Origin: Camelus ferus
Lineage: Eukaryota
Direction: 5' to 3'
Assembly: GCF_009834535.1 (NCBI RefSeq)
Contig: NC_045697.1
Coordinates: 31,250,001 to 31,314,000 of the forward strand
DNA length: 64,000 bases
Shown: one piece after another, positions 1-13,705 of the stretch
How positions within the stretch are numbered: the stretch's first letter is position 1
Layout of the letters: every line of letters starts with the position of its first letter
Position numbers and translations under genes: made by a program
Notes under the pieces: generated by a model
Database searches by the model: none
Seen by the model: only the letters and a program-made list of their open reading frames with translations
What the model was told of the DNA's origin: nothing

Positions 1-520
1 ACAGTTCTCTACAGAATTTCCGAGCAACCATTGAATCTTTTGGTTTAACAGTGTGATAATCATTTCTAAGTCTTTTTAGTCTTTAAATGCTATTCATGCA
101 TAGCTTTTGTTTTTGAGTTAAGTAAAAAAAAAGGCTCTGGAACAGTCTACTTTTCTCTTTTTTTCCCTTTAATTTTAGTTGATTTTGAATATATTTTCCT
201 CAGGTAGCTATTGGCTTGGCTAAAATATTAGACCAGGAATAACTGCTTATCTTATGGCTTGGAGACTTTTAAGGGTAATTTTGATATTTGCTTAAAACAT
301 GTCTAAGATTGATAACCCAGATCAGCTAACATTCTTTCTAAAAATTATAATGGGTTCTATAGTAATCAATTAAGTAATAAATATCTTGACAATGTAGGGA
401 AATGCACTGCCTTTATTTAATATCTGATAAATAGAGAAGGATGTTACATTTTGAAGTGATGATTAGGTATCTGACCATGCTGGTCAGCAGACAGAAACAT
501 AGATCTTCAAAAGAAGTAAG

Positions 521-1637
521 GATGAAGAGAATCAGGAAACAAGTCACAGACTGGCAGAAGAATATTTGCAAAAGACCTGATAAAAGACTATTATACAAAA
601 TAAAGATCTTTTAACAAAAAGAAAACAAACAACCCACTTAAAAAATGGACAAAATATCTGAACACAAACTTTATCAAGATTTACAGATGGCAAGTAAGCA
701 TATGAAAAGATGCTCAAAAATCATGTCGTTAGGGAATTGCAAATTACAACACCAGTGATATACCACTACATTCTTATTAGAATGGCCAAAATCTGAAACA
801 CAGGCAGCATCAAATTCAAGATGTATGGCAAAAGGAACTCTTATTCACTGCTTGTGGGAATGCAAAATAGTATAGCCACCTGGGAAGAGAGTTTGTCAGT
901 TTGTAACAAAATTAAACATACTCTTTCCAGTTCATTTCAGCATTCCTATTCTTTGGTAGTTATCCAAAGAGCTGAAAACTTATGTTTATACCAAATCTTG
1001 TACATGGATGTTTATAGTAGCTTTAGTCATAATTGCCAAAACTTGAAGACAACCAAGATGTCCTTTAGCAGGTGAATAGATAAATAAACTGTGGTTTATC
1101 CAGACAATGGAATGTTATTCAAGGCTAAAAAGAAATGGGCTAAAAGACATGTAGAAAACTAAAATGTGTATTGCTAAGTAAAAAAAGTAAATTTAAAATG
1201 GCTACATATTATATGGTTTCAACCATACAGCATTCTGGAAAAGGGAAAACTACTGAGACAGTAAAAAGATTAGTGGTTCAGGGGCTGGGGGAAAAGGGGG
1301 GTGCATAGACTAGCACAGGAATTTTAGGGCAGTGAAACGACCCTGTATGACATTACAATGGTGGATATACATCTTTAGGTGTTTGTCCAATCCCATAGAA
1401 TGTGCACCACCAAGAGTGAACCCTAATGTGAACTATAGACTTTGGGTGATAATGATGCATCATTAGGTTCATTAGTTATAACAAATGTACCACTGTTGTG
1501 GGGACGTTGATAGTGGGGAAGTTTGCGGGGAGGGAGGGGGTTGGGGACAGAAGGGTATATGGGAGCTCTGTACTTTCTGCTTACTTTCGCTGTGAACCTA
1601 AAACTTCCCTAAAAAGAATAAAGTATATTTTTAAAAA
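521..1637 (+). mobile_element. Old L1 (L1MC1-like): ORF2 3' end plus 3' UTR, 5'-truncated
   Basis: ORF2-end motifs (acagactggcagaagaatatttgc, catatgaaaagatgctca, tgggaatgcaaaatagtatagccac) and an L1MC-type 3' UTR (caccaagagtgaaccctaatgtgaactatagactttgggtgataatgatg...gctgtgaacctaaaact...aataaag). Confidence 0.9.
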
Positions 1638-2444
1638 TTGGAGCTCCTGAAATAAATAAAAATAAAGGTACAAGTAACAGATCTACTTTCTACTTTTAAG
1701 TTCTCTAAAAGATAACTGGTTAAAACAAAAACAGTAGTGTTACACGGCAAGGTTTTTAATCTATATAAAAATAAAATGCATAGCTGATGACAGCCCGAAA
1801 GATGAGAGGAGGGAAGCCAAAGGACAGACTCTCCCAACGCCCTCCCATTAACTTGCATAGACAGTCCATCCACATGTCTCTGATCCACAAGCCCCAATCC
1901 AAGGATGGCGAATAAGCAGGATTAGCTGTTTCTGTTGGAATGATTTGCCTAGTGATGGTTCACACAGTATTTTCAAAATGAGGTCAGTTGCCAATATTTA
2001 AAAATCTGACTATTTTGCATAAACTCCTGACTCTTAATTTTACTCCAAAAAGATCTGGCTCCAGTGGGCCGGCAATTCTGCATGGCAGCAATCAGCTTGA
2101 GCTGAGTAACTTCTGCTTCCTTGGGCTGAGCCAGGGGCTCTCCAGTTTTCTTTTCCCTTCACCGGTTCTGATTTTATTCCCGATGCTGAAAGTCAGTTGC
2201 CATTTATCATTCTATTCCAATACTGCTTTCCGTGTTTCCTTGAGTTGTCTGATGCCAGCAGTCATTTGATTTGTGACCCCTGGTGGTCTGGATGCTTAAG
2301 GAGAAAGAAGAAGAACTTAAAAACTATTCAAGAATGTATACCCCCTTGAGTCAAATATTATATAATGATTGTTGCTAGGCTTGGACAAAGATCCAGCAGA
2401 TTACCTCTGGCAAATTCTTTTTTTTTTTTTTTTTTTTTTTTCAG

Positions 2445-2824
2445 CTGAAGATTTCTTTTTACTTCCTTTGGTCATGGCACTTTGATTTCCCTTTGGGGAA
2501 CCCTGCCCACTGATCCTGTTTTGCTCAGTTCCTTGTGTTCTTAGTGCATCTGTTAATCAAATTGTCTGTCCCCCTTAGCCCTACCCTGGACAATCAGACT
2601 GGTCATTTGAAGCCCGAGAGAAGAATCATTCATTTTGGTTGGATGGTTCTAAAGAAATTAGCTGTTTGTTCTCAGTCTGGTTCCTGTCTTTCCTGATAGC
2701 AGAGATTTTAGCTCCTATTTTTTGTTTTATCTGTAAGGTACACATATTGTTCCAATAAAATGTAATTTTTTAAAAATTATTTCAATTATTACAAATATTG
2801 CTTGCAATCAAGCAACTCTAAGAC
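2445..2824 (+). mobile_element. Ancient ERVL/MaLR-type solo LTR relic (LTR33/MLT1-like)
   Basis: ttccctttggggaacc start motif, internal aataaa, and a 3' end ttgcttgcaatcaagcaactctaagaca typical of old ERVL/MaLR LTRs. Heavily diverged. Confidence 0.5.
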
Positions 2825-2959
2825 AGGGCTGGATAAAATGTTAGGTAAGGCACCGTCTTCTACTCCAAACTCCTTCTGGGGTGTGTATATGGGGATAGAG
2901 GTGGATGGTTGGGCACGGCTCTCTGTTAAAATGTTATCTTCAAACAACTTCCATTTTCA

Positions 2960-4705
2960 GAATTAAGGATTATTTTTCCCATTACACTGAGTAATTCCTA
3001 ATTTCTCTTTTTGTTTGTGTCTCCCCCTGCCACCCTTTCCTTTTACCTTTTGTATTATTCAAGTTTTCCTTATCCTGATTTTTCCCTTCTACTGATTTGA
3101 CTGTTATAATTTTCCCTCTGTTGTTTAACTGACTTACTCTAACATTTTAATATGACAAATTTGAAACAGTTTAAAATTTATGCAGTTTAAAGACGATCAG
3201 TATCTTTACTCTTCTTTATAGAACAATACAAAGACCTTAAAATGCTTAGCCCAGGTAATTATCTTCCATTTTATTTGCTATAGTTGTTTGGAAAGTTAAT
3301 TCTGCAACTTACTTCCTTCTTCTAGGTTCATATTTCTTTCTCCCCAGATTTACAGCCTTTGTAAATAAGAAGCTGGTAGTGGTAAACTCTGTTTGATTAT
3401 CTGAATTTATTTTGTCCTCACTATTTCACTATGCTATTTTAGCTGAGTATAGAAAAATAGGTTGCCTTTCTAGTCTTTCAACTCTCTACAGATACTGTTC
3501 CATTTTTAAAAGTCTGCAGTTTTGTTATTGTCTTTTTGTAACAATCTGAATTCTTACTTTTAAAATCTTTTCCATAATTTAAAATTCTATAGTTATACTA
3601 CAGTACATGTAGGTGTGGATTTGTTTTTATTTACACTCTGAGAATCTAGAATAAGAAAAAAATATGTATGTCATTAATTCTAGAAATTTCTCAGGTATTA
3701 TTTCTAAGAATATTGCCTTTTCTCCATTCCCTCTATCCTGGTCCTTTGAAATACATAATACTCCTTAATTCCTCTTTCTTATTTTCTCTCATTTTATATT
3801 CTGGGAGTAAATTATGAATAATCTCTTCTAGGTCATTAATTCTTTGTTGGCTGTGGCCAATCTAATAAATTCATCCAATGACACTTCTCTATATTTCAAA
3901 AACTGTATTTTTTTGATATTCTATTTGGTTCTCTTCTTACCTATGTATTCTTTTCTCATTGTGATTTATTTTCCTTGTTTTTTGCCTCTAATCACTTTAT
4001 GCATACTTGTTTTATCATCTATCTCTAATAGTTGTATCATCTGGTTCTTCTGCTTTTTTGCTTGTTGACTCTCATGTCATCAGAGGGCTTTATTCGTGGG
4101 AGTCTTGTATGGCCTGTGTTGAGAGAGAATGTATCAAGAGAGGATTTCAGTTTGTTTTGGCCAGAAATTCTAGGGGTATCATTACCCTAAGAACATTTTA
4201 TTTAATTTCTAATCTCTCAGAAAACATAGACAGTTGAAACTGAATTCTGATAACACATGACATAAATTCTTATAGGAGACTAATTTTTCTACCCAGAGCC
4301 CAGGTGTCCAGGCATGAATGTCATTTCCTCCTTGTCCTGGTGCATCTATTTTTTAAGTTGATCCTTTCACTGAAGATGTAGTCTTTTGCACATCCTGGCT
4401 TTGGGTGAGATATCAGGTCCAAGGTTCATTTGGCACAGGTGTCATGTATCCTCTGAGCATTAAAACCCAACACTCTAGGTTACTGACATCAACAACTTCC
4501 CCAAGGCTGCTGAGCATTGGCTCTTGTGCTCACCACCTTGGTTTTCGATGACCTCTTTGCTTTAGTATCCTGGGGATTTCATTTAAATTTTGTTAGTACA
4601 GCTTTGAATTTAAAAGTACATATGTTATATTTCACTTAGCATTTCTATTTGCTTTGTGGAGAAGGATTTTCAGAATACCTAATCTGTAATAGTATAGGAA
4701 ATGGA
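2960..4705 (-). mobile_element. HAL1 / ancient L1 5'-ORF1 relic
   Basis: T-rich strand with HAL1-type motifs (ttttagctgagtatagaa, aaatttctcaggtattatttct, tttttctacccagagcccagg, tttcactgaagatgtag, and terminal tagcatttctatttgctttgtggagaagg...aatctg). Confidence 0.7.
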
Positions 4706-5426
4706 ATACTTCCAGGAAATAGAAAAGAGGTTTGCATTTATTTCAAAAGCTTTTACTGTTTACAATTTGACAGGCAATATTATTTTACATTTTTTTTAAA
4801 TATAAGGGGGCATAAATCAATGGGAAAAGAATAAATGAATGAAACGACAGTGCCCTTCGCTATTGTTAAGGTGTCTTTTTTTTTAAAAATCTTATTCCAA
4901 TGTATTTTATTTATACTTTGAATACACTCAGAAAATAGCAGTCCTGATATGTGCTTTTTTTTTTTTTTTTTTGCATTTTGTAGTCTGACAATCCTTATTT
5001 CACTCTGCCCACATTTCATTTCACCCTGCCTTTTGCTTTCTGAACTTTCATCTAAATGTGAATAAATACATGTTTATACAAACAACATATTTCTTGTGTG
5101 GCATATCTTTTAATAGCCACTTTCAATTTGCAGGTCAAAACCCATAGAGGTTCATGCTGTTCTCTATCTGACTATGAGTAGAGGTTTATACTCAGATTTG
5201 TGGTCTTCTGCGATCTTACTTGTTTTGAGGTGATTTCAAATAAAGGAAATGATTGAAGCCATCAACCCTAGAAAGGTAATATGGAAATGAATCAAATGCT
5301 TTAGCCCTTCTAATCTCTGTTAAGTCTTCTCTACCCCTATGTTTCTAGGTTCTTCACAAATATATGATTGGAATAAAAATAAAATACTTGTTACAGAATC
5401 ATAGGATGAAGATGAGTCCTCTGATG

Positions 5427-5595
5427 CAGTGCTTCCTAATCTTTAATGAGAATGTGAATCTCTTCTCCCTTCAGAATCTTGTTAAAATGCAGGTTGCAAG
5501 TCAGTAGATCTGGAGTGGCGCATGAGATTTTGCATTTCTACCAAACTCTCAGATGCTGATGCTGCTCCTTGTCAGCAGGACCTTTGAGCTGCACA
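5427..5595. mobile_element. MER5-type hAT-Charlie MITE relic
   Basis: cagtgcttcctaatcttt...cttgttaaaatgcaggtt...agtagatctggagtgg...gattttgcatttctaccaaactctcagatgctgatgctgc...ctttgag matches MER5A/B. Confidence 0.85.
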
Positions 5596-5964
5596 ACCTG
5601 TGTACAACCAGACTATCTACTCTTCAACCCTTCTGCATAGTACATGTGAAGTTGCAACAAAGGCAGAATGGCAAGGAATGATATGTGGCACACTGGACAC
5701 GTCTACATGACAATAACAGAGAGAGTTATTATTTAGTCAATAATTATAACAAAATAAATATTTACTATTTTTAATTGAAATCACCAAAAAATATAAAATA
5801 GATTATTCTTGTCTTCAATAAATTTATTTAGTAACAATTTATATTGTTTCTGTTTAATAACAAATCTAATTAATTATGTATGCAGAAATCAAACAACATA
5901 GATATCTATTCAATAAAATATAATATAGATAATATAATACCTATATAATAAAAATTGAAAGCAT

Positions 5965-6270
5965 TTGGACCCCCCCATTCTATTTCCAGCTGTAACCCCT
6001 GTTGAGTTTGTTTGTTGTGTACCTCTAAAATATTTTTGTTCTGTCTTTAAGAATGTATGCATATACACAACTTTTGCTGGTATACAAAAACAAGATATTA
6101 CCCCTGTGTCTTATTCTGTTACTTGTTTTCGTAATGTTTTGTGATCGTTTTCATTTCAGTGTATATAGATCTTTTGTATTTTTAGTGGTTGCATGGATAT
6201 TCTATAACATTTAATTATTTTTAAAAGTATTAACAGACATTTAGGCTAATTCCATTTTTTGCCTTTAATT
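5965..6270 (-). mobile_element. Ancient L1ME-type 3' UTR fragment
   Basis: Degenerate antisense L1ME motifs (ttttcatttcagtgtatatagatc, gttgcatggatattc, acagacatttaggctaattcca). Confidence 0.55.
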
Positions 6271-9200
6271 AGACATTCTATACTCTTAAGAAAAATGATC
6301 TACCCAATTATAGCCCAATAAAATGATATGCATGGAAGGTGTATACCTCTCCCATTCATTACAACTTCACTTTCTACGCAGATCAAATCCAAGGGAGTTT
6401 GAAGTCCTTTGATCACAGTACCTTCTTCCAAGCCCCAGATAACCTCCAGTCTCTCCACTGTTGAATCTATAAAGGGAAAATTGTATTTCTATAGATTTAA
6501 AGTCTGATTGCTAATAATAATATTCCTCAACAGCAGGAATTAAAAAGCAAGTGAATTGGAGAGGTTACAATGGAGTACGGTATCCCAAGCAGGCTCTGTG
6601 TGCACAGCCCAGTCCTGTATTTGAAAACCCCACTGAAATTATTAACATGTTCAAATATCTTTGTTTGGTCTGGATAAATAGCCCATGGTTTGCAGAAAAG
6701 AGATTATATGTTTATTCTAATTTATTAAAAAAACATTTTAGAGATATGAGTTGGATATGAGCCTTGAGAGTTATGAGATTTTCTTAGTCATAAAATAAAC
6801 ATAGCTAGTTTCCATATATTTAAAGGAATCAGTTTACAGTGCCACAAGTCTAGACTCTGAAGGAGAAATATCATTTCCTCTAATGTATATTTAATAAATA
6901 AAACTGTCTACACAGAATTGCTAATAGAAATTGCTTGGCCTACCAAATATTCTCTGACCTACAAGAAGATCATTGGAGAATGTCTTCGTAATATTTTTAG
7001 AGAAAACTCAGCTGCCTATATTTTTTACTTATTGACAGACTCCTTTAGTGATGGGTGTAATAAAAAGTCTAGTTCCTACTGTGTTCTCCCCAGTGGCCAC
7101 TGCACACTTTTTCTACTGACCCTGAAACAATCAGCCCATTTCCAAAGCAGCAGGTAACTTCACTTACTGTGTTTGTAGGAAGATAGTCTTCTGAAATGGA
7201 TTGTCTCCAGTCTCTTCTCTCACCCTTAAAATGTGTCTGGAGCTTTCCCAACCAGCTTTCCCTCGAGTCTGCAGAAATGTGTCTCTGCCCTTTTCCAGAA
7301 GCTCTTACCTCTGCCCTTGGTTTTATAGCATAATTTTACTGTTTCTTTGTATAATTTTTCCTCATTGGTTTAAGCTCCTGGAAGACAAAAACACTGTTTT
7401 TTCTTATGCTATATTTCCTCAGCACCTGTCTCTTCAAATTACATGCCCATCTTGAATATTCAGGATCAAATTCCATGCACAACAATAATAATCTCATCCT
7501 AGGATTTCATGTCTCTCTTAAATTTCTTTTGGTTTTATAATCATTAAAAAATTTTTTCCCCACCATTTTGTTCAATAGCTCTTTAAATATTTTTGGAGGT
7601 AGTTTTGATATGAATACTAACAAAATAAGGGATTCATAAATACTGAAGACATGAGAAATCTTATCAGTTTACATTTTGTGAAGTAAAAAAATCAGAATAA
7701 TTACTCCTTTCAGCACAGCACACTTTTATTAGATTGAAGTTTAGACTCAAATTCAATTCTACCCTCCCCTTTCATTACCTTTTATTGTCTTTAGTGTTTA
7801 AAAATCACAAAATGTGTTTATTTACTTCTATATGGTCTTTACAACAATCGTGTGGTTATATAGGTTTCTAAAGTTGTACTTCATGTAAAAGAAGGGCACT
7901 TTGACTGTATTGTCTTAGATTATTCTTCAGGAACTGAAACATTAATCTTCCAAAATGTAGAGAAGACTATATTGTATCCCACTTTTCTCCCCAGCTCCTG
8001 CAATCTAAATAGCACCACACAAAACTATGTGAGTGTAATTGATATAGTCATCTCACCTATAAAACTATAATTTGGAAAGAAATCTGAACCCTGGCTGGGT
8101 CATCGCCTGCTTTGGTGTTACTGTTCCAAAACTTCCAAAACCTCTAGATAAACCTCTGGTTCCCATGTCTGACATAGGGTTGAGGTAAGGGGAAAAATTA
8201 TTGGTTTCATCATGGTGACATCTCACCAGTGAGAAGGCGACGTACTTAAATAGGTCAGAAGTAAATAGACTATCATACTTACTCATGCATCTTGTTGAAA
8301 TAAGTGCAAAAAGTGATTTGTTCAGTATCTGCTTTAGATGAAGACAATTGCCAGGAAGAGTCTCTATGGAGAAAAGAGACATTTGCATGACCATTTGTCA
8401 GGTTGAAGCTCCAGATATTTATGTTTTCCGTGATGCACACAGTCACTGACCACCAAGAGAAGGGTCGAGAAGGAAGACTTGCTTTTGTGGACAAGGAAAA
8501 GAGTGGGCAGGAGGAGGTCACCAAAGGGTAAAGAAAAGAAGCAGTAATAATACTGGTCTTTGAGTAAGGAGAATATTTATCTGAGGATTGATTTACACTA
8601 TGAATGTGCTGGGTTATTAAAGCCTTATCTCAATATTATTCACAATATCACTTGGCACTCTCATAAATCTTGACTCCCTGTCTACTGGTGTTTTTGTTAC
8701 ACTATGTTAACTTGTCTGTTAAGAAGAAGGAAAGTATTAGATTTGGGTAGATGAATTGTTGCTCAAGGCATTTTTTTTGAGATAAATGAAAAAGGACAAA
8801 AAATCCTTTCTCTATGCTCTTAGTAATTTTGGAGAGGTCAACTCAAAGAGGTAAGAAATGGAAGTCTTGGAACCACTTTTTCTAAGATTTTTTCCTTTTT
8901 TTCTTAAAGTAGTTAGGCCTAGACTTTTGGAAAAAATGGTGGCAATTATTGAGAAAAGAGGTTCAGTAATGGGAATACATGTTCTAGAGAGGTACTACCC
9001 TCTCTAGAATTCAAAAGCTGACCAGAAATATATGTAAATTTACAAAAAAACGTTACTCATTGAGCATAAATCCATGCCTGCTGTTCTTCATAATCTATTT
9101 TTGGGTATCAGTATCAATTAAATAAATCAGTATTCATATCAATTAAATGCATATTATTTTGATGAAAGGTTGAGATCAATGGTTCACAGTGAGTATTGCC

Positions 9201-9424
9201 ATTCAGTAAAATTTTGAAATAATAGTGCAAGGATGACCGGAGTAACTGTTACCAGCTTTGATTTTGCCTGTAAAACATTACAAACAATACAAAAACAACA
9301 TAAAAAGAACTATTACCTGTTGACTTCACCGTTTCCAAAAGAAAGAATATTTTAAAGCCAATTTAAAGAGCAGAAAGGAACTGATACAAGGTATTTTGTA
9401 GAGATCGATGCCTTTGAAAATGGA

Positions 9425-9690
9425 TGAAGCAGGGCTGGGTAGAGGGAGGAGCTGAACTGTGATGCGGGTCTAGAGGTTTGAAGCCTCAGCTAACTCATTA
9501 GGGACATGTCCCTTTCTGTTTCCAAATGGCTCAAGTTGTGGACCCTCCCCCCCACTTTTGGGAAGAGACTGGATGTGGGCTGCCCCAGGATGGCCTGGCT
9601 GGCAGTGAGGTGGGTCTCTGCAGCTAAGGCAGATCCTGAGGGAGAGAGCTGGAGGCACTCTGCTGACCACATTCCTTGCAGCTAGATACC
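9425..9690 (-). mobile_element. LTR16-family (ERVL) LTR fragment
   Basis: gaagcagggctgggtagagggaggagctgaactgtgatgc...gcctcagctaac...ggatgtgggctgccccagg...ctctgcagctaaggcagatcctga resembles the reverse complement of LTR16 and the LTRs at 58.4 and 60.5 kb. Confidence 0.75.
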
Positions 9691-11699
9691 CAGTTTTTCA
9701 TTAAAAGGGAAAATGAGCAGCACTTGTCCGTGTCTACCACAGGTGACTTGTGATTAGTATTCAAATGGGTGGAGTCAAACTCTCAGATGAGTTACTGGAT
9801 TGTTTTAATCAATTTTTCTAGTCTACCTAAATCATTCATGTCCATTCCTTTTACTTCAAGGTTGTTTATTTCACAAACATTTCATCTTTTCCTTTATTTC
9901 TGAATAATGATTTTGATTATATATTTTACCTTCAGAAACATAAACATAAAAAACACACATATATCTAATAGTTAACTGGCCCTATAGAAATTCATCAATA
10001 AATAGTTGAATGAATAAATGAATAAAAAGTTTGCTTTCGTATTTGTTTCATTATGTTATAAAGTGAAAAAGAAAATGAAGTGCTGTTAGGAACTTTCCTG
10101 ACTTGCAAAGTGATGTAGGGCTCACTACATTTGTTCAAGTTTTTGAGAATTTATCTTGTGGTTGGCTTAAAAAAAACCAAAATGGAGTCATTTTGTCAGA
10201 AAGTATATGTCCTCAGTCTGCAAATACTGTCTTGGAAATGAATTATTGTGAGATAATTCTTTTTTATATTCAATTTAGTATATAAACTATAAAAATATTT
10301 GAAATCTAAGCCTACATGCCTATTTGTTTTTTTGTTTGTTTTTGGATAATGGTCATTTTTAGAATAATTCGATTAAGTAAATCAAATAACTAGGATGATC
10401 CTATTAAGAAGAGAAAATAGTAATAGATCATAAAATTTTCTAGCAATGACATAGTAGTAAACTCTCTACTTTGTAGCTTTTTGATGCCAAACACAATGGA
10501 AAGTGAGTGTATATTTAATCACTTATTTTTGATCTGCTGACATTTTGTATGGTAAATTTACATGATAAATTCTAGTATGCAAAAATACATGACCCATTAA
10601 ATATTTGACCACTTTGAAAAAAAGTTTTGAATACAATTTATGACATTATGATTCAAGACACTCCCATTTTATGATGCTTAAAATAAAGACTGAAAAATCT
10701 TTCAAAACATTATGAAGTTATAGATAAGGGTCTGCCAATCTCCTAAAATTAATCATAAATATTTAGACTTTTAATTTCATCTACATGAGATTTTATTTTA
10801 TCCCAAACAGCAATTTTATTGAAGAAATCCTTTTGCCAAAGTCAAGAAGTAGCATGGCTTTGCAGGATGCTTTTTAATCTCTTAGTCAAACAGAGACAAA
10901 ACCAAACACTAACTATAGTGAACCACTGCTCTAGAAGAACTAACTGCACCTAAGAGGTATTTCAGGTTGAAACATTCAAAAATACATTGCAAACAACAAA
11001 AGAAAACCTTCTTATATCAATAATGTCACTCCTCTTGGGTGATTTTGCTGATTCAACTCCCATGGCTGGGGAAGGATTGATTCTCCCCTTTTTAGATGAC
11101 AGAGTGAATGTTGTGTAATGGAAGGCTGTTAAAAATCGCAGATGTCAGGATCTATTGTCTTGTTTTATGGTGGCATTCCAGGCTTTGAAACCAAACTCTC
11201 AGAATGGACAACAACTGCAGATTACATGGTCTTTTTTTTTTTTTTTTTTTTTTTTTAGTGGATGAGATACTCATGTTCAAGAACAGAGTGGTCTGGGAAA
11301 ATATAAAGAACTGACAGAAAATTTCTTTAAGAGACCCTTGCCTAAAATATTTGAACATTGCTGTATAAAAGTGTCTGGATCTATTCTGGTCACATGATTG
11401 GGTTACTTGGTAAGACAAACTTTTGATGGCCCTAACTTCTCACTTGATCCTGAGATTTTAGGAGGAAGGTGGAATATTAATAGCTCTAAATCTGGGGATG
11501 GATGGACTTATTTTAGAACATTCATTCAGACAGTGGTCTACAGGATTCGCAAAGTCAAAATGGATCTAGAGAAAGCAGTTAGAAACTTCTGCAGTATTTG
11601 GATAAGAAAGCTGAAAAAGAAAAGGTTGTTGGTTATGGATTTGGAGAAGGGGGTGTAATTTAAGAAACATTAAGGAGAGATATCTACAAAATAATAAAT

Positions 11700-12060
11700 C
11701 TGTTCAAAGTCACAAAATTCAAGGAAAAACTGAGGGCAGTATTCAACTGGAGGAGACTAAACAAGTGACAAATGTAACAGATGATCCTAAATAAGTAGCT
11801 TTTTTTCTATAAAGGATATGATTGGGGCAACTGGTGATACTTGAAAGGATCTGAGGACTAGATAGTAGTAATGTATCAGTATTAACTTCCTGGTTTACAT
11901 GGTTGTGTAGAAGAATATCCTTTTTTAAAGAAGTACCCACAGGTATTAGGACGTGTTGGGGTATTAGGTTAGCAACATGATCTCAAATGATTCAAGAAAA
12001 AAATCATACTGTGCTTATCAGTCTCTGTAAGTTTAAGATTGTTTAAAAACTATTAAAATA
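11700..12060 (+). mobile_element. L1MC/L1MD-type 3' UTR fragment
   Basis: actggaggagactaa...ataaaggatatgattggggcaactggtga...gtatcagtattaacttcctg...tctcaaatgattcaagaaaa...ctgtaagtttaagattgttt. Confidence 0.75.
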
Positions 12061-12325
12061 ATTGTTTTGCAATGACAATGTGAATATATGTATATATAAC
12101 AAATATACATAATAAATACATTGGTGTGGTACTACATCATTTTAAAATCAATGTTCTTTCTTAAGAAGCCCAGGGAGCAGAAATGTACTTGGTACAAACT
12201 GTGGTACATGCAAGCCATAATTATGCTTTTAGAAAGGCTGTGATATTCAACCAATTGAAATTTAATCTGAGACTGTTAAAATTTCCATGCATTTTTATGT
12301 GGGCAGAACATAAAATCCTGAACAG

Positions 12326-12497
12326 CCCTGTGGGATCAGGCAGAGTCTTGACTCCATCTGGAATCACACCCTTTCTTGGCTTCTTCCACTTCCCCTTCCT
12401 GCTCCTCCTCCTCCATGACTGGTTACTATGGAGCAAACTTCCTTATAAAGCACTTCCCCAGAAATCCTGAGCTCAGGCACTGAACTCAACCTAAGAC
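12326..12497 (+). mobile_element. LTR16-family LTR 3' fragment
   Basis: ccctgtgggatcaggc...ttggcttcttccacttcccc...ataaagcactt...aatcctgagctcaggc...aacctaagac matches the LTR16 3' half. Confidence 0.7.
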
Positions 12498-13330
12498 GGA
12501 AGGTAAATAGAATTGGGAATCAATTTACAAACTCGGGTACAGCAGGGCCTTGGGATTGAATTCTCATAGCGATCCTTGAGTCCCCTGGGGGGCTTTATCC
12601 CTTGACTTACAAGAAAACTCTGAAGATCAGCAGCTGGTGTTGGGGTGCTGCTTTATTAAGTGGGGGAAAGGGTTGCCGTTCTTCTCCTCAGTCTAGGACT
12701 TAGTGGCACGGCAGGAACAAGCCGACAAACTGGGAAATGTTCATGGGAAAACACCTCTTTCCCTGCCGGGTGTTTCCTCCTCTGTGGGAAGGTCCTCTAT
12801 TAGGATAACTTACGTTACGTGGAAACCATCATTCAGTCCTCCCCACGTGAGGAGAGACTTAACCTCAACAGTGAGTTTTTGAAGGAAATGCTAGGGATTC
12901 CACCCCCTTCTTTTCTTCTTGGGAACATGCTGTTTGCAGGCAGCACTCCTTCATCTCTGACTGTCATTTATACATTAGGAAGGGGCCCCAGCAAAAACCG
13001 CCACTACCTTCTTCTCAAGCTCTCATTTTTTTTGTTTTGTTTTGGTCCAGCGCTGTTAAGACCACCATTGCTCACAGTCATTCATTCCAATGCCCGTATT
13101 GTTGATCTCGTCTTCTTCCCTCTTTTAAATGATCTCCTTCTCCAGCCTGCCTGGCCTCAGTATGGCTAACACATCACTCACCTCTTCTCTAATTCCCATC
13201 TCTTAGTGAACGCCTTCTCTCTCCTGGTCTTTCAGTACAATTACCTCTCTTGTTTTCATTTATTCACTCAACAAACATCGAGCACCTTCTCAACAGACCT
13301 CTTCTGACAGTATTTTACAGAAGCTACGTG

Positions 13331-13705
13331 TAGTCAACCCTGTATATACACAGGTTCTACATTCATGGATTCAACCAACTGAGGATCAAAAACATTCCCT
13401 CCAAATTCAGTAAGTTCCCTAAAGCAAACCTTGAATTTTCTGGGGGCACTAGCAACTATTTGCATAGCATTTACATTCCATTCCATTGTATTAATACAAT
13501 GAAATTACATTACACTGTATTAGGTATTAAAAGTAATCTGGAGATGATTTGAAGTGTACAAGATGATGGGTGTGGGTAGGTTACATGCAAATACTATGCC
13601 ATTTTATGTAAGGGACTTGAGCATCCATGGATTTTGCTATCCAAGAAGGTGAGGGGTTGGGGGGATAGTGCCTGGAATCAGTCCGCCTAGGATACCAAAG
13701 GACTG
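13331..13705 (-). mobile_element. MER2/MER2B TcMar-Tigger MITE
   Basis: atggattcaaccaactgaggatcaaaaa...aaagcaaaccttgaattt...gtaatctggagatgatttgaagt...atgcaaatactatgccattttatgtaagggacttgagcatccatggatttt...ggataccaaaggactg followed by TA. Confidence 0.9.

Noticed and set aside
2418..2444. T24-CAG apparent strong splice acceptor (similar T-run plus AG near 11232-11258)
   Set aside because: Mononucleotide runs with no supported downstream exon or donor; best treated as simple repeats.
8065..8524. Overlapping 109-aa and 81-aa minus-strand ORFs in unique sequence
   Set aside because: No recognisable domain, no convincing splice-site pair, and lengths within chance expectation.
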